64,000 bases of DNA from Eledone cirrhosa (GCA_964016885.1 OZ024743.1:158968001-159032000); one strand, 5' to 3'; counted from the stretch's first letter, positions 27,762 to 42,131 are shown. Made by a program: numbers and translations. The notes: generated by a model from the letters alone, not told the origin.

Positions 27762-29396
27762 CTACATTTTAAATTTAAATTTATATTTAAACGTTGAGTT
27801 TAATCTATGTTTGCAGCAACTGAATAAATTTGTCCGTAGATTAAGGGAATTTTTAGATTTTAGTATAAAGAATATCTCCTCTGCGCAGAGGTCACATGTC
27901 TCAGAGGATGAATTAAAAGGAATCCCTCTTGAGACTATATTCCAAGCCGTCGAATATCTAACGTTATCTAGCTTAAGTTGCCAGAGTACGCCTGATAGTG
28001 CCGTTGAAGATTTCTTGCTTGGATCTGTGAAAGAATTCTTGTGGTTATTATAGCGAAGTTTAAATTCCGTCGATGTGGAACCGACGTAGTTAAAAGAATA
28101 AGAGTTAGTTTTAACATTACAATTGTATACTATATTTTTAACTAAGCAGTTGTTATTTAACGGACATTTAGATCTATCTCTACAGTTACATTTGTTAACT
28201 TGTATATTATTTATGCTATTATCACTAGGTTTTAAGTTCCTATTATTTATTCTATTAATATTTTGTGCTAAATTTTTGGTGGATGTGTAGGTTAATTTAA
28301 TTGTATGTCTATTGAAAATTGAGTGATACCTATGTGTTCTAGGGAAGCGATTATCAAGAGCTTTAAAAAATAGTTTAGCGATGTGGGTTTTAATGTTTAG
28401 TGAGAAAGGGGGGGCAAACCAAATTATGTTCCTAGTTCTATTTCTTTTTTGGCCTTTGGAATTACTGTAATGCTTTCTATTATAGTTGTTAAGGTTGTTG
28501 CCGTAATTAAAATAGTTGTTATTTTGTTTAGTTTGTCTATCATTATCTATGTACATAATCTTATCAGCATATCCTGCTCTAGCTAATGCTTCATTGTAGT
28601 ATTGGGCTTTTTCGTCGAAAATCTTTCTATTCGACGAGATCCTAGAGATACGTTTTTGAACAGAGTTTACTATAGTGTTTTTGACAGATCTGGGGTGGTT
28701 AGAGTTAAAGTTGACATAGTTTAAGTTTTCATTCAACTTGTGAAAAGGATAGTGAAGACATGTGTTGAGATTTAATGTTATATCTAGGAAATTGACTATT
28801 CTATGGTTGTTCTCAATTTCTATTTTAAGATTAAAGTAATTAAAAAATTGTGTAATTTGTTTACATTTTCTATTTAGTTCAGAGTTATTATTATCAATAA
28901 GTAAAAGCATGTCATCTCTATATAAACCTCCGGTAGTACCAGGTATTTTCCTATGTAGCGAATTGATTAAAAATAAGCCCACAAGGTCAGTTACCTGAGC
29001 TGAGTCGGATGATCCCATAGTAATGTCAAAATTGCTATCTCTATCTGCTCTGGTCCATAGTTGGTCATTAAATTCTATCAAAGTTTTCCTAGCCGATAAT
29101 ATAATATGCATTTCATTGCTAGTTAGGTCAGTATGTTTTAATGCGTAATTTAGTGCCTTATTTAGTAGATTAGGGCTAATAGAAGAATAATAGTTAGCAA
29201 TATCAAGTTGGATAAACTTATTATTATTGTTATATTTAATTTGCTTAAACCACTCAACAACCTCTCCAGTTCCCTTCCACAAGCTCAGGTTAGATAAACA
29301 ATCCAAGTTCTTAATTTGCTGTATCACCCTGTCAAGAATGTTTTTGCTTAATTTGCCCAGGTCCGATTTTGATGGTGCGATCAATCTAACTGGCAA
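27762..29396 (-). CDS. 5'-truncated Naiad-type RT + GIY-YIG ORF (left arm)
   Basis: QLDIANYYSSI, FDITMGSSDSAQVTDLVG, GGLYRDD, NFLDITL, WFAPPFS, CNC..CPL..CL, IVY..YVGST..FK.RY.NH, CDLC. Confidence 0.88.
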   Translation of the reverse strand: MPVRLIAPSKSDLGKLSKNILDRVIQQIKNLDCLSNLSLWKGTGEVVEWFKQIKYNNNNKFIQLDIANYYSSISPNLLNKALNYALKHTDLTSNEMHIILSARKTLIEFNDQLWTRADRDSNFDITMGSSDSAQVTDLVGLFLINSLHRKIPGTTGGLYRDDMLLLIDNNNSELNRKCKQITQFFNYFNLKIEIENNHRIVNFLDITLNLNTCLHYPFHKLNENLNYVNFNSNHPRSVKNTIVNSVQKRISRISSNRKIFDEKAQYYNEALARAGYADKIMYIDNDRQTKQNNNYFNYGNNLNNYNRKHYSNSKGQKRNRTRNIIWFAPPFSLNIKTHIAKLFFKALDNRFPRTHRYHSIFNRHTIKLTYTSTKNLAQNINRINNRNLKPSDNSINNIQVNKCNCRDRSKCPLNNNCLVKNIVYNCNVKTNSYSFNYVGSTSTEFKLRYNNHKNSFTDPSKKSSTALSGVLWQLKLDNVRYSTAWNIVSRGIPFNSSSETCDLCAEEIFFILKSKNSLNLRTNLFSCCKHRLNSTFKYKFKFKM

Positions 29397-29437
29397 GTCA
29401 TTTTCAAAATTCCTCTTGTGATCATTTTGAAAATGAC

Positions 29438-31072
29438 TTGCCAGTTAGATTGATCGCACCATCAAAATCGGACCTGGGCAAATTAAGCAAAAACATTCTT
29501 GACAGGGTGATACAGCAAATTAAGAACTTGGATTGTTTATCTAACCTGAGCTTGTGGAAGGGAACTGGAGAGGTTGTTGAGTGGTTTAAGCAAATTAAAT
29601 ATAACAATAATAATAAGTTTATCCAACTTGATATTGCTAACTATTATTCTTCTATTACCCCTAATCTACTAAATAAGGCACTAAATTACGCATTAAAACA
29701 TACTGACCTAACTAGCAATGAAATGCATATTATATTATCGGCTAGGAAAACTTTGATAGAATTTAATGACCAACTATGGACCAGAGCAGATAGAGATAGC
29801 AATTTTGACATTACTATGGGATCATCCGACTCAGCTCAGGTAACTGACCTTGTGGGCTTATTTTTAATCAATTCGCTACATAGGAAAATACCTGGTACTA
29901 CCGGAGGTTTATATAGAGATGACATGCTTTTACTTATTGATAATAATAACTCTGAACTAAATAGAAAATGTAAACAAATTACACAATTTTTTAATTACTT
30001 TAATCTTAAAATAGAAATTGAGAACAACCATAGAATAGTCAATTTCCTAGATATAACATTAAATCTCAACACATGTCTTCACTATCCTTTTCACAAGTTG
30101 AATGAAAACTTAAACTATGTCAACTTTAACTCTAACCACCCCAGATCTGTCAAAAACACTATAGTAAACTCTGTTCAAAAACGTATCTCTAGGATCTCGT
30201 CGAATAGAAAGATTTTCGACGAAAAAGCCCAATACTACAATGAAGCATTAGCTAGAGCAGGATATGCTGATAAGATTATGTACATAGATAATGATAGACA
30301 AACTAAACAAAATAACAACTATTTTAATTACGGCAACAACCTTAACAACTATAATAGAAAGCATTACAGTAATTCCAAAGACCAAAAAAGAAATAGAACT
30401 AGGAACATAATTTGGTTTGCCCCCCCTTTCTCACTAAACATTAAAACCCACATCGCTAAACTATTTTTTAAAGCTCTTGATAATCGCTTCCCTAGAACAC
30501 ATAGGTATCACTCAATTTTCAATAGACATACAATTAAATTAACCTACTCATCCACCAAAAATTTAGCACAAAATATTAATAGAATAAATAATAGGAACTT
30601 AAAACCTAGTGATAATAGCATAAATAATATACAAGTTAACAAATGTAACTGTAGAGATAGATCTAAATGTCCGTTAAATAACAACTGCTTAGTTAAAAAT
30701 ATAGTATACAATTGTAATGTTAAAACTGACTCTAATTCTTTTAACTACGTCGGTTCCACATCGACGGAATTTAAACTTCGCTATAATAACCACAAGAATT
30801 CTTTCACAGATCCAAGCAAGAAATCTTCAACGGCACTATCAGGCGTACTCTGGCAACTTAAGCTAGATAACGTTAGATATTCGACGGCTTGGAATATAGT
30901 CTCAAGAGGGATTCCTTTTAATTCATCCTCTGAGACATGTGACCTCTGCGCAGAGGAGATATTCTTTATACTAAAATCTAAAAATTCCCTTAATCTACGG
31001 ACAAATTTATTCAGTTGCTGCAAACATAGATTAAACTCAACGTTTAAATATAAATTTAAATTTAAAATGTAG
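29438..31072 (+). CDS. 5'-truncated Naiad-type RT + GIY-YIG ORF (right arm)
   Basis: Same 544-aa frame as the left arm with about 5 substitutions. Confidence 0.88.
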   Translation: MPVRLIAPSKSDLGKLSKNILDRVIQQIKNLDCLSNLSLWKGTGEVVEWFKQIKYNNNNKFIQLDIANYYSSITPNLLNKALNYALKHTDLTSNEMHIILSARKTLIEFNDQLWTRADRDSNFDITMGSSDSAQVTDLVGLFLINSLHRKIPGTTGGLYRDDMLLLIDNNNSELNRKCKQITQFFNYFNLKIEIENNHRIVNFLDITLNLNTCLHYPFHKLNENLNYVNFNSNHPRSVKNTIVNSVQKRISRISSNRKIFDEKAQYYNEALARAGYADKIMYIDNDRQTKQNNNYFNYGNNLNNYNRKHYSNSKDQKRNRTRNIIWFAPPFSLNIKTHIAKLFFKALDNRFPRTHRYHSIFNRHTIKLTYSSTKNLAQNINRINNRNLKPSDNSINNIQVNKCNCRDRSKCPLNNNCLVKNIVYNCNVKTDSNSFNYVGSTSTEFKLRYNNHKNSFTDPSKKSSTALSGVLWQLKLDNVRYSTAWNIVSRGIPFNSSSETCDLCAEEIFFILKSKNSLNLRTNLFSCCKHRLNSTFKYKFKFKM

Positions 31073-32432
31073 TATATTTAGTTTGATTTATAATTATATG
31101 GGAAACTAGCCGATAAATCTTTGATTTCTTCTTTTTATTCTTTTTCTTTTTATTTTTATTTTTATTTTTATTTAAACATTCTTCATGAAAAATTAAGCTA
31201 CCCTAAAAGTTGATGCTCCAAATATTTCGAATAAACGTTACACTTGATAAACTTCTATATTAAATATAAGAACACATGTAGACCAAATGGGCATCCTAAA
31301 CTTTTTGAAATGATTTTTGCTAGATGCGATTTGATAAATAATTTTTGGCTTTATCTGTTTTTCGACTCTGATGCTTATAATGAACTTGGCAATATATTGT
31401 CAATTAATTTTGAAGGGTTGATCTTTGTGGTTTATTTTTATTATTGTAGTATTTTCTAATATTTTTATTTTTAATATTTTTAATATGTAATATTTTTAAT
31501 ATGTAATACTCTTTCGTAATATTTTTTAGTTTTCTATCTTATTATTACTTATTATTATTATTATTGTTATTTTTTGTTTCTGATATATATTTTTATTAGT
31601 ATATTGAAATCTGCTCTCTATTTCTGCTTGATAGATAATCTTGTAGAGTAAAGACAGGAATAGTAGCAATATTGACTCTATATATATTTGTGTGTATATA
31701 TATACACATATATGTATACTTAAATTATTATAGCACAATGAGAATGTTTTCCGTGAATTTAGGGTTTGCAGAGTTGATCATATAAATTCACATAGATGTT
31801 TGTAGTTATCACATAAACATATGAATTTTTTGAAAAAACTAAACATAAGATCATTTTCACACATTATGGATACATGTCTCATTCAGGAATACTGATATTT
31901 ACAATATAGTGGCTGGTTTTTATACATACGAATACCTCTACATTAAAACATAGGGTTTTTTTTTTTTTTTTTATGCCTCGCCTATGTCTGGTTATTTTTA
32001 ATTTTTCTCTCTATATAACAACTGGTTTCTATTCTAACCACATATATCTCCCTTACATTAATACTAGAGCTAAATAAATAAATAAATAAATAAATGTATC
32101 ATTGATACGTTTACTCAACTGACGTCCCACTACCTAGTTTTCTATATATATGTATCTATCTCTATTTCCTCTCTCTCTCTATATATATATATTTCTCTCT
32201 CTGTTTCTTTACATGAAGTTCTTCTCTTTATCTATCTTTCCATCTCTCTATTTTGTTCCATGCATTTCTTCTTTTTTCTTCTTTTTCTTCGTTTTCTGTC
32301 TTTCTTTCCTTTTTTTTCTCTCCTTCTTTCTCTCTGTGTACAACTTTTTTCACTGCCAAATCAACTTTTCAAATACAAGTCGATGTTGTTACGGTATGTC
32401 AAATCTATTTATCTATAAAACTGTTTATATTG

Positions 32433-32498
32433 TATTTTGTCTGAGGAAGGCATAGCATATTGTTAATATGATATCCCTGAAATATATATAATGAAATA
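32433..32498 (+). ncRNA. Hammerhead ribozyme (family B, right arm)
   Basis: Same fold; 8-bp stem I with two G-U pairs; palindromic stem III ATATATAT. Confidence 0.75.
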
Positions 32499-32535
32499 AA
32501 TATGGTTTTATGAATATAGTTTCCATTTATTTAAT

Positions 32536-32682
<147 letters not shown>

Positions 32683-33007
32683 CTGCACACACACACACAT
32701 ATATATATACACACACACATACCCACATACACATATATATATACATATACATATATATATATATATATATATACATACATATACATATATACATACATAC
32801 ACATATACATATATACATACATGCACATACACATACATACACATATATATACTTACATACACATACACATACATATATATATACATACATACACATACAC
32901 ATACATACACATATATACACACATATATATATATATATATATACACATATATATACTTATATACACACATACATACATAAATATACACACATAAAACAAA
33001 CACATAT

Positions 33008-33070
<63 letters not shown>

Positions 33071-33788
33071 CACATACATATACACACATACACACAAATA
33101 TATACACATACAAATAAATAAGTACTCAATAAATATACGCATATACGCAGGCACATAAAAACACCTCTACAGGCAGAAAATGTAGATAGGAAAGAGCTAC
33201 TCACATAACCATAGTGGCCGTATTTCAGGTTGAGGGGGGTGGGGGTAGGGGGGGAAGGAGGTATAGGGGCCAATAGGGGGAGGTCGTTTTTAGCCATCGG
33301 GCTTTAACACTGGCTTATAGTGTTTGAAAGTTGCAAAGTTCTTGTGCATGCAGTTCGGGAAGTGTTCAGAGAGTTTGTTCAGTAGCGGGCCCTTGGCGAA
33401 TAAAATTTCATAGCTCTCTGAAATACAAAGGTCGCAGCCCTTGTGTCCTCCGTTGTAAGAGCACGCTTTCTGGAGTATTTTCCATTTAAGCGTGAAGGGG
33501 TGGAGTTCCTTTTGAGGTCCCAAACGTAGGAGGCGAGTGTTGTCTGATTTGATTTGTCCGGTCTTATGAAGGAGTGGGTATGGGCATACCAACAGGTCTT
33601 AAAGTTGTTGGAGGTCATGCCGATGTAAGTTTTTTTGCAATCCTCGGTGCCTGAGATGACATCGCATTTGTATACGCATTTGTATACGCATTTGTATACG
33701 CATTAGTATACAAATGCGATGTCATCTCAGGCACCCTCTCCTACCACTTGTAGAGACCTATAAATACCATGTTTATTTTGTGATACCC

Positions 33789-33839
33789 AGATTCCTGATG
33801 ATTTCTAAAGAATGAAACAGTTCTAGTCCTGTAGAATCT
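33789..33839 (+). ncRNA. Hammerhead ribozyme (C1 tail-less arm)
   Basis: Identical motif to 24704-24754. Confidence 0.85.
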
Positions 33840-33853
33840 CATCTATATTAAAA

Positions 33854-33919
<66 letters not shown>

Positions 33920-34133
33920 TCAATCACATCTTTTTATTTGTTTGACCCGAATTACTTGGTCGTTTTTATGGCTGTGCGGATAATGGTTTAACCATCGTCT
34001 CAGTGTGTTTGGCCTTTTAACGTATGTTGTAGCTCTAGTTCACTAGCTTCTATGGAGCGCTTGCCACACATCTCGGAAGTTGTTTTTCGCTAATTTCCAA
34101 AGCCGAAATACGATTCTCGCTAATTTATATTTG

Positions 34134-34200
<67 letters not shown>

Positions 34201-34201
34201 G

Positions 34202-34234
<33 letters not shown>

Positions 34235-34243
34235 GTATATATG

Positions 34244-34344
<101 letters not shown>

Positions 34345-34357
34345 GTATATATATATG

Positions 34358-34388
<31 letters not shown>

Positions 34389-34414
34389 GTATATATATAT
34401 GTATATATATATGC

Positions 34415-34491
<77 letters not shown>

Positions 34492-34493
34492 TG

Positions 34494-34544
34494 AGATTCT
34501 ACAGGACTAGAACTGTTTCATTCTTTAGAAATCATTAGGAATCT
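34494..34544 (-). ncRNA. Hammerhead motif, mutated core CTAATGA
   Basis: Family C motif with G5 changed to A. Confidence 0.65.
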
Positions 34545-34551
34545 GGGTATC

Positions 34552-35196
34552 AGATGTTATGCTCCAGAGTGGGAGTGGTGAGACAGCCCGCAATGATGGT
34601 AGAACTCTATCTAGGATCTTCTTACTGATAGAGCCGATGTCTGAACGAGTGGGGTTGATAAGTCTGACTGATGGTTTGTTGAGGAAGTTTCCCTTATGGT
34701 CCTTCAGGGTAAAGTGCGGGGTCTTTACCCTTAAAGTTTCGGTTCGGTCATGTAATTTAAGGGACTTGGCGATTTCGTTTCCGGCCGCGTTTGTCTCAGT
34801 CAATGCAATCTCTATTACCTTTTTGTAGGTGGTCGTGATGGCATTTTTTTCCAGCTTATTGTAGGTCTGTGGGTCTACCTCATAAACATTTTTGGTTTTA
34901 TCGGAGGAGACATGAAGATTAGGGGATTTTTTCATATTCCGCAATTCGATATTTAAGTAGACCTGGAATGGTGTGGTGGCTCTACGGAATTTGATATCTT
35001 TGATCATTTTGAAGAGGTCTTGTTCAAATGGTTCAAGTAGGCTGTTGGTGGGTGGTGCCTTATTTGTTTTGAAGCCGAACTTTTCATCATTGGTAGATGC
35101 TACATCAGGGTTGTCTAGGAAGAAGGCTCTCCATCTAATTCGCTTGATGAACTCGTCGGTACGTCTGATGAGTGTTTTTAGGTATAGTTTCTTATA
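34552..35196 (-). pseudogene. Family C N-terminal coding segment (inverted arm)
   Basis: FIKRIRWRAFF, FEQDL..MIK.IKFR, SDKTKNVY, TLKDHKGNF..PSVRLINPTRSDIG. Confidence 0.85.
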
Positions 35197-37020
35197 TAAT
35201 CTCCATGTCTCCTCCGATAAAACCAAAAACTTTTATGAGGTAGACCCACAGACCTACAACAAGCTGGAAAAAATGCCATCACGACTACCTACAAAAAGTT
35301 AATCGAGATGGCATTGACTGAGACAAACGCGGCCGGAAACGAAATCGCCAAGTCCCTTAAATTACATGACCGAACCGAACCTTTAAGGGTAAAGACCCCG
35401 CACTTTACCCTGAAGGACCATAAGGGAAACTTCCTCAACAAACCACCAGTCAGACTTATCAACCCCACTCGTTCAGACATCGGCTCTATCAGTAAGAAGA
35501 TCCTAGATAGAGTTCTACCATCATTGCGGGCTGCCTCACCACTCCCACTCTGGAGCATAACATCTGAGGCAATATCCTGGTTCCAAGAATTACCCGACAA
35601 ACGCCACACTCGCTTCCTGCAACTCGACATAGAAAACTACTATGCTTCTATCTCGGAGCCCCTCCTGAAGGACGCAATTACCTTTGCCAGGAATTTTACA
35701 CCATTACCGATGCTGAGCAAGTTGTTATCCTCCACGCCCGTAATACCTATCTATACCACGATGGATCTTACTGGATCAACAAGAAGTCTCAGACCCCATT
35801 TGACGTCAGCATGAGAGCGAGTGACTCGGCTTAAATTAGCGACCTTGTGGGCTTGTACATTTTACATCACCTGAAGAACCTCTTTACCGGCCTAACCGGA
35901 GGTTTATACCGAGACGACTGCCTCTTCGCCCTGCACAAGGTTAACCCCAGAACCTCCGATGGGTTTCGGAGAAATTTAAGCTCGTTCTTCTCTAATCTAG
36001 GATTTAGTATAACTATAGAATCTAATATGACTAGGGCCAACTTCTTAGATGTCACTCTCGACCTAGATACTTTCCTCTATTACCCGTACCACAAACCTAA
36101 CGAGACCCTTAGATATATTAATGTTAATTCTAACCACCCCCAAAACATCACTGATAACTTAGTAAAAAGCGTCTCTATTAGAATCTCTGGCCTCTCTGCC
36201 AACGAAGATATTTTTAACGCCTCTGCCTCCTACTACAATGACGCCCTCGCACGCAGCGGATTTAAAGAAAAGATAACCTACCTAGAAACCACCGCAAGAT
36301 TGCAGAGGAGGAATAGGCATAGGCAGATTAGCTGGTACAACCCTCCCTTCAATAGAGGGGTCTCTATACTGATATCTAGGATTTTCTTCACTTTGCTGAA
36401 AACACACTTCCCCATACAACATAGGTACTACACCATCTTTAATAAGAACACAATAAGACTCTCCTACCCCACCACACCTAATCTAACTAGAAATATAGCC
36501 AACCACAATTCTAAAAAATTAAATAAGTCAACCACCTCCGAACCCAATCCCCGGACTGGGGACTTGTGTAATTGCCTAAATAAGGAAGCCTGCCCACTTG
36601 AAAACAAATGCCTGACATGATATCGTATACAAATGCGATTTCATCTCAGGCACCGATGATTGCAATAACAAAAAGACTTACATTGGCATGACTTCCAATA
36701 ACTTTAAGACCCGTTGGTATGCCCATACCCACTCCTTCATAAGACCGGACACATCAAACTAGACAACACTCGCCTCCTATATTTGGGGCCTCAAAAGGAA
36801 CTCCACCCACTTCACGCTTAAATGGAAAACACTTCAGAAAGCGCGGTCTTACAACGGAGGACACAAGGGCTGCGACCTTTGTATCTCAGAGAGCTATGAA
36901 ATTTTATTCGTCAAGGGCCTGCTACTGAACAAACTCTCTGAACACTGCCCGAACTGCATGCACAAGAACTTTTCAACTTTTAAATACCTTAAAGCAGTGT
37001 TTATGCCCGATGGCTATAAA
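35197..37020 (+). pseudogene. Family C RT + GIY-YIG, frameshifted
   Basis: QLDIENYYASI, GGLYRDD, WYNPPF, CNC..CPL..CL, YIGMT..FK.RW..H across ORFs 35308-35814 and 35847-36620. Confidence 0.88.
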
Positions 37021-37322
37021 CGACTTCCTTCTTTTAGCCCCTCTACCTCCTTCACACCCACGCCACCCCTCCTCAACCTGAAATACGGCCACTATGGTTA
37101 TGTAAGTACATCTTACCTATCTGCATTTTCTGCCTGTAGAGCTGTTTTTATGTGCCCGTGTATATGCGTATATTTATGAGTGCTTATTTGTATATATATA
37201 TATATTTATATATATAGAAGGATTTAAATGGATACAGTTCAGTAAAAGGAAATTATTGACACGTGTTTCAATAACAGTTATATAACCTGAAAACAGCTGC
37301 TATCTACAAAGTATTAATTATG

Positions 37323-37499
37323 GATTGGCTGTATCGGTAGAGGGTCGGACGCCATGCTTTCCAGCATAGTTACGTCCCTTTACGATCTGAGTTCAAATCC
37401 CGCCGAGGTTGACTTTGCCTTTCATCCTCACGGGGTCGATAAAATAAAGTACCAGTAATGCACTAGGTAATTGCTGGCCTTGTGCCTAAAGTAGAAACA
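37323..37499 (+). mobile_element. tRNA-derived SINE type 1 with 10-bp TSD
   Basis: B box gagttcaaatccc; TSD attaattatg at 37313-37322 and 37500-37509; empty site in the other D arm near 41060. Confidence 0.85.
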
Positions 37500-37503
37500 A
37501 TTA

Positions 37504-37561
37504 ATTATGCAGACACTCAATATTTCAATGTTATTTTCAACTATCATTTCATCAGAATAAT
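37504..37561 (-). ncRNA. Hammerhead-like motif (family D, left arm)
   Basis: Reverse complement of 41006-41063. Confidence 0.55.
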
Positions 37562-37877
37562 CTCATTGAGAACCTGTTTGGTTTTTATAGAGAATATTAA
37601 GAGGGAGGAGTGGAGTTGTTAGAAGAATAGTTAAGGAAGTGGATAGAAATTTTTGATAGCAGTGGGTAATTAGATTCCCATCTGTTGTTTTGACATTTTT
37701 ATAGAATACATTATTTGGCGTTGGTTATTTTTCAAAATCTATAGAAGGATTAGAGATAGTAAAGACATGCTTGGTTGGTTTTGTGTTTGCAATTAATTAA
37801 CATACAGACTTCAATTTTTCTTTCAAGTGTGTGTATCCGTTCGCCCACACATAGATATATGTGTATATATACTTATT

Positions 37878-40132
37878 TTTTAAAAATAATGAATTCATTC
37901 GACGTGTCAGGTGGAAAACGCTCCACTATGATAGAAGCCGTATGAACTCACCATCAGAAAGTGGTGTAAACAACAAATCTGGTTTTAGAACGTGTAAAAA
38001 CCCACCCACTAACCCACTATTAGATGCATTTGAGCAGGACCTTATGGACTTAATCCTTAAAATTAAATTCAAAGGACGCAACACCAACAACAAACTGCAG
38101 AAAGATATTAAAAAACTACTGGACGACCTTAAAAACAACAAAGGAATTGTAGTAAAAGCGGACAAAAACCTAACCTGTATACTATGGACTGCACTACATA
38201 TAACAACTTCATTCGAAAAGAACTACATAAAAAATATAGAAAAACGAGTGAAGTAACCCTTAAGCACATCAATGATGAGGCATGCGAAATAGTGAAAAAT
38301 CTTGGAATCGAAGATAGGACAGGACCACTCTTACCGGCGAGACCCACCTTCAATCTTAAGGACCATAAGGTAAAATTTGATAATGACCCTAAAATTAGAC
38401 TAATCTGCCCCTCTAAATCACATATAGGTAAAATAAGCAAATATATCTTAGATAGAATCATCCCCCAAATTAAGGCTAAGGTTAACATTAAACTCTGGGG
38501 AAAGACCCAAGAAGCAATTAGATGGTTTAATAGCATTAGCAATAAGAATAAATCTAAGTTCATCCAGTTTGATATCGACGAATATTACTCATCGATATCA
38601 CCTGAAACTCTGAATAGATCCATTGAGTTTGCTAAGGAAAACTCTGACCTTACAAACGAAGAGATTAAGATTATATTAGAAGCTAGGAAAACTATAGTCA
38701 AATTTGAGAACAGTTATTGGGTTCGTAAAGATATACCCTCCAACTTTGACATAACAATGGGCTCTAACGATTCGGCGGAAATAACTGATATTATGGGGTT
38801 ATTTATCGCCTTTAAACTCCAGGAAAAATTCAGTAATCTCCACGGTGGAATATACCGCGATGATGCTCTCCTCCTAGTTAAAAACCTAAATAACCCAAAA
38901 CTAGAAAAACTACGCAAAGATATAAGAAAACTACTACTCGAAATAGGACTAACTATAACATATGAACACAACCTTAAAGTAGTTAACTTCCTGGACGTCA
39001 CACTCAATTTAAACTCTGGTCTGATTAAACCGTTTCATAAATTGAATGAAAATCTCAGGTACGTAAATGTTGGGTCTAACCACCCATCTCTATAATTAAA
39101 TCTATCCCTAAAAATATTTCCCTTAGAATCTCGGGTCTATCTTCTAACATACAAGTATTTAAGGAACACGCCGAGTACTATGATATCGCCCTTAGTAAAG
39201 CAGGCTACCTCAACAAAATAGAATATATAGATGAAAACAATCAAAACACCCAAAATAAATCCCACATAGGTAGAAATAATAACACAACACCAAACCACAC
39301 TTACTACCATAGTGTACACACCAGTAAACCAACAAACAAAACTAATAGAAATCGATGCAAAGAGTACTTATGGTATAACCCTGAATACAACAGTTCCATT
39401 AGTACAAATTTACCAGTACTCTTCTTTAAAATAGTTAGGAAACATTTTCCTACATCACACAAATACCATAAAATCCTAAACCATACCACTATAAGACTGT
39501 CATACTCTACAGCGTTAAACCTTGAACAACACATAAAAAAAGATCAATACTAGAAGGTTAAACGAAAACACTAAAAACTTAAGTACAAAGAACACAAAAA
39601 AACAGTAGACAATACACTACAGAACATAAATAAACCACATCTAAGTTCGTCCGCAATACTACTCCAGAGTACACCTAACTACAAAACCAACGTACACAAC
39701 TGTAACTGCACCTATCCTGACAATTGCCCCCTCGGCAATAACTGCCTTGAAAAAAATATCATCTATAAGTGTACCATTGAATCCGGAGGCAACGAGTGGT
39801 ATTACGTGGGATCAACGGCAACATAGTTTAAATCTCGATTATATAGGCATTCTTACTCAATAAAACACCAGAGCCAAAGTAATATGACAACTTTAGCAGA
39901 AAAAGCTTGGACACTCAGGGATAGCGATCAAAAGTTTACCCTAAAATGGGAGAAATTAGCTAAAACCCAAAGCTTTTCCAGGAGCCAAAATGTCTGCAAA
40001 CTATGTAATCTTGAGATTTATTACATAATCACACACAAGAAGAAATTGCTTAATAACAGAATTGAACGAACATTATTCTGCCGTCACCGAACTAAAACCC
40101 TTTTCCCCCACTACAAGCTTAATATTACATAA
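37878..40132 (+). pseudogene. Family D RT + GIY-YIG, with stops and frameshifts
   Basis: FIRRVRWK, NLKDHK, QFDIDEYYSSI, FDITMGSNDSAEITDIMG, GGIYRDD, CKLCNLE. Confidence 0.88.
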
Positions 40133-41005
40133 ACGAGGGACAACTATACAAATCCTCAATCTGGTTAGAAAAATATAAAAACAATCACTTCTCAACATAT
40201 ATATGTACGATTAATAACCTTATAATTATCACACTAATAATGGATAAATATGCTGGTGAGAATAGGTGCGAATATGCTATAATAAATGTGCCTAAAAACG
40301 ACCATATGTATGTATATATGTGAAAATGTATATAAATAAGAAAATAAGTGGCTGAGTGTATATATATATATATATGTTTTGATGTGTATAATTAAATGTA
40401 TGTGTATTCATGTATATGTGTATTTATATATATATATATACGCATAGACAGGAGTATGTATGTATATATGTGTGTGTCTATATGTGTGTATATGAAGATA
40501 AGTAGAGTATGAAAGTGTATTTACATGAATGCGTATGTGGGTACATATATATATGTATATATATATGTACATATATATGTACATGTATATATGTATGTAA
40601 GTAGGAGCATGTAAGTAGTTGTATGTGAGTGTATGTATTTGTAGAGGTGTGCATATATGTATGTGTGTGAATGTGTAGTTTAAAAAAAAAAAAAGTATAT
40701 ATACACATATATCTATGTGTGGGCGAACGGATACACACACTTGAAAGAAAAATTGAAGTCTGTATGTTAATTAAGTGCAAACACAAAACCAACCAAGCAT
40801 ATCTTTACTATCTCTAATCCTTCTATAGATTTTGAAAAATAACCAACGCCAAATAATGTATTCTATAAAAATGTCAAAACAACAGATGGGAATCTAATTA
40901 CCCACTGCTATCAAAAATTTCTATCCACTTCCTTAACTATTCTTCTAACAACTCCACTCCTTCCTCTTAATATTCTCTATAAAAACCAAACAGGTTCTCA
41001 ATGAG

Positions 41006-41063
41006 ATTATTCTGATGAAATGATAGTTGAAAATAACATTGAAATATTGAGTGTCTGCATAAT
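41006..41063 (+). ncRNA. Hammerhead-like motif (family D)
   Basis: attatt-CTGATGA-aatg..catt-GAAA-tat tga gtg-TC-tgc ataat; stem I imperfect. Confidence 0.55.
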
Positions 41064-41271
41064 TAATACTTTCTAGATAGCAGCTGTTTTTTAGGTTATA
41101 TAACTGTTATTGAAACACGTGTCAATAAATTCCTTTTACTGAACTGTATCCATTTAAATCCTTCTATTTTCTCCGGATTACTTTTGAAACTACAAATGGA
41201 ACCGTCGAGCAAACCCTACGTGAGCTGTCCATCTACTGTGTGTAATATTCATATTACAACACTACGGAACA

Positions 41272-41329
<58 letters not shown>

Positions 41330-41414
41330 AAGTGTATGTATGTGTATATGTGTGTGTATGTATATATATATATATGTATGTGTGTGTATGTGTATATATA
41401 TATATGTATATATG

Positions 41415-41503
<89 letters not shown>

Positions 41504-41516
41504 CTGTATATGTATG

Positions 41517-41613
<97 letters not shown>

Positions 41614-42035
41614 TGTAGTGACCTACTTCCGCGGGCTCACATACATTCTCTGTGCGTGATTTGGCTCAGCTCAGCCAATCAGTGCCAGTAGAAGAGGATG
41701 TATCCCTACGCGTTCTGAGGGAGAAATAGCCCGCAAAGATTTGAGGACGCCACCACTTGCAGGCTAGACCACTTCCAGGCTTGACCATGCTAAGTAAACA
41801 CCGCTTGTTCTATGGCTCCGCCAGCACAAACAATATGTAACAGCAAAACATTCCTACGGAGCTGGCTAAACGCCTTCAGCTAGTCGACCGTATTTTCTCT
41901 TGTAATCTTAATTGAATTGTTTTATTTCTCTGGGCATGCCTTCTCAACCTTTGTTAAGAACCTTTGTTAAGAAGTCGTCGTCGATATTCCTATCATAGCT
42001 TTCTACCAAACCTGGTTCCTCGTGGCAACATTACA
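41614..42035 (+). mobile_element. Probable LTR (TG..CA, ~422 bp)
   Basis: Termini tgtagtg / cattaca; more GC-rich island inside (TA)n; tRNA-Trp complement 96 nt downstream. Confidence 0.55.
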
Positions 42036-42131
42036 ACTTCTGAAATATACTTCTCCGCTAAATTGGTACTTATATACCTCAACCAAATTGGTGACTTATA
42101 TTCAACAAAGAGAAACATTCCTTTCATTTAT

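Larger units (their letters stand above)
37215..41274 (+). mobile_element. Naiad-type PLE family D (short tail-less minus arm 37215-37870; long tailed plus arm)
   Basis: 37215-37865 is the reverse complement of ~40710-41167 apart from a SINE insert; tail 41168-41274. Confidence 0.9.

Noticed and set aside
36600-36650. In-frame TGA after CPLENKCLT as selenocysteine (some Naiads are reported selenoproteins)
   Set aside because: The TGA is not at a Cys position and the conserved IVYKC continues in another frame, so it is a small deletion. Family B has ordinary Cys codons and no in-frame TGA.
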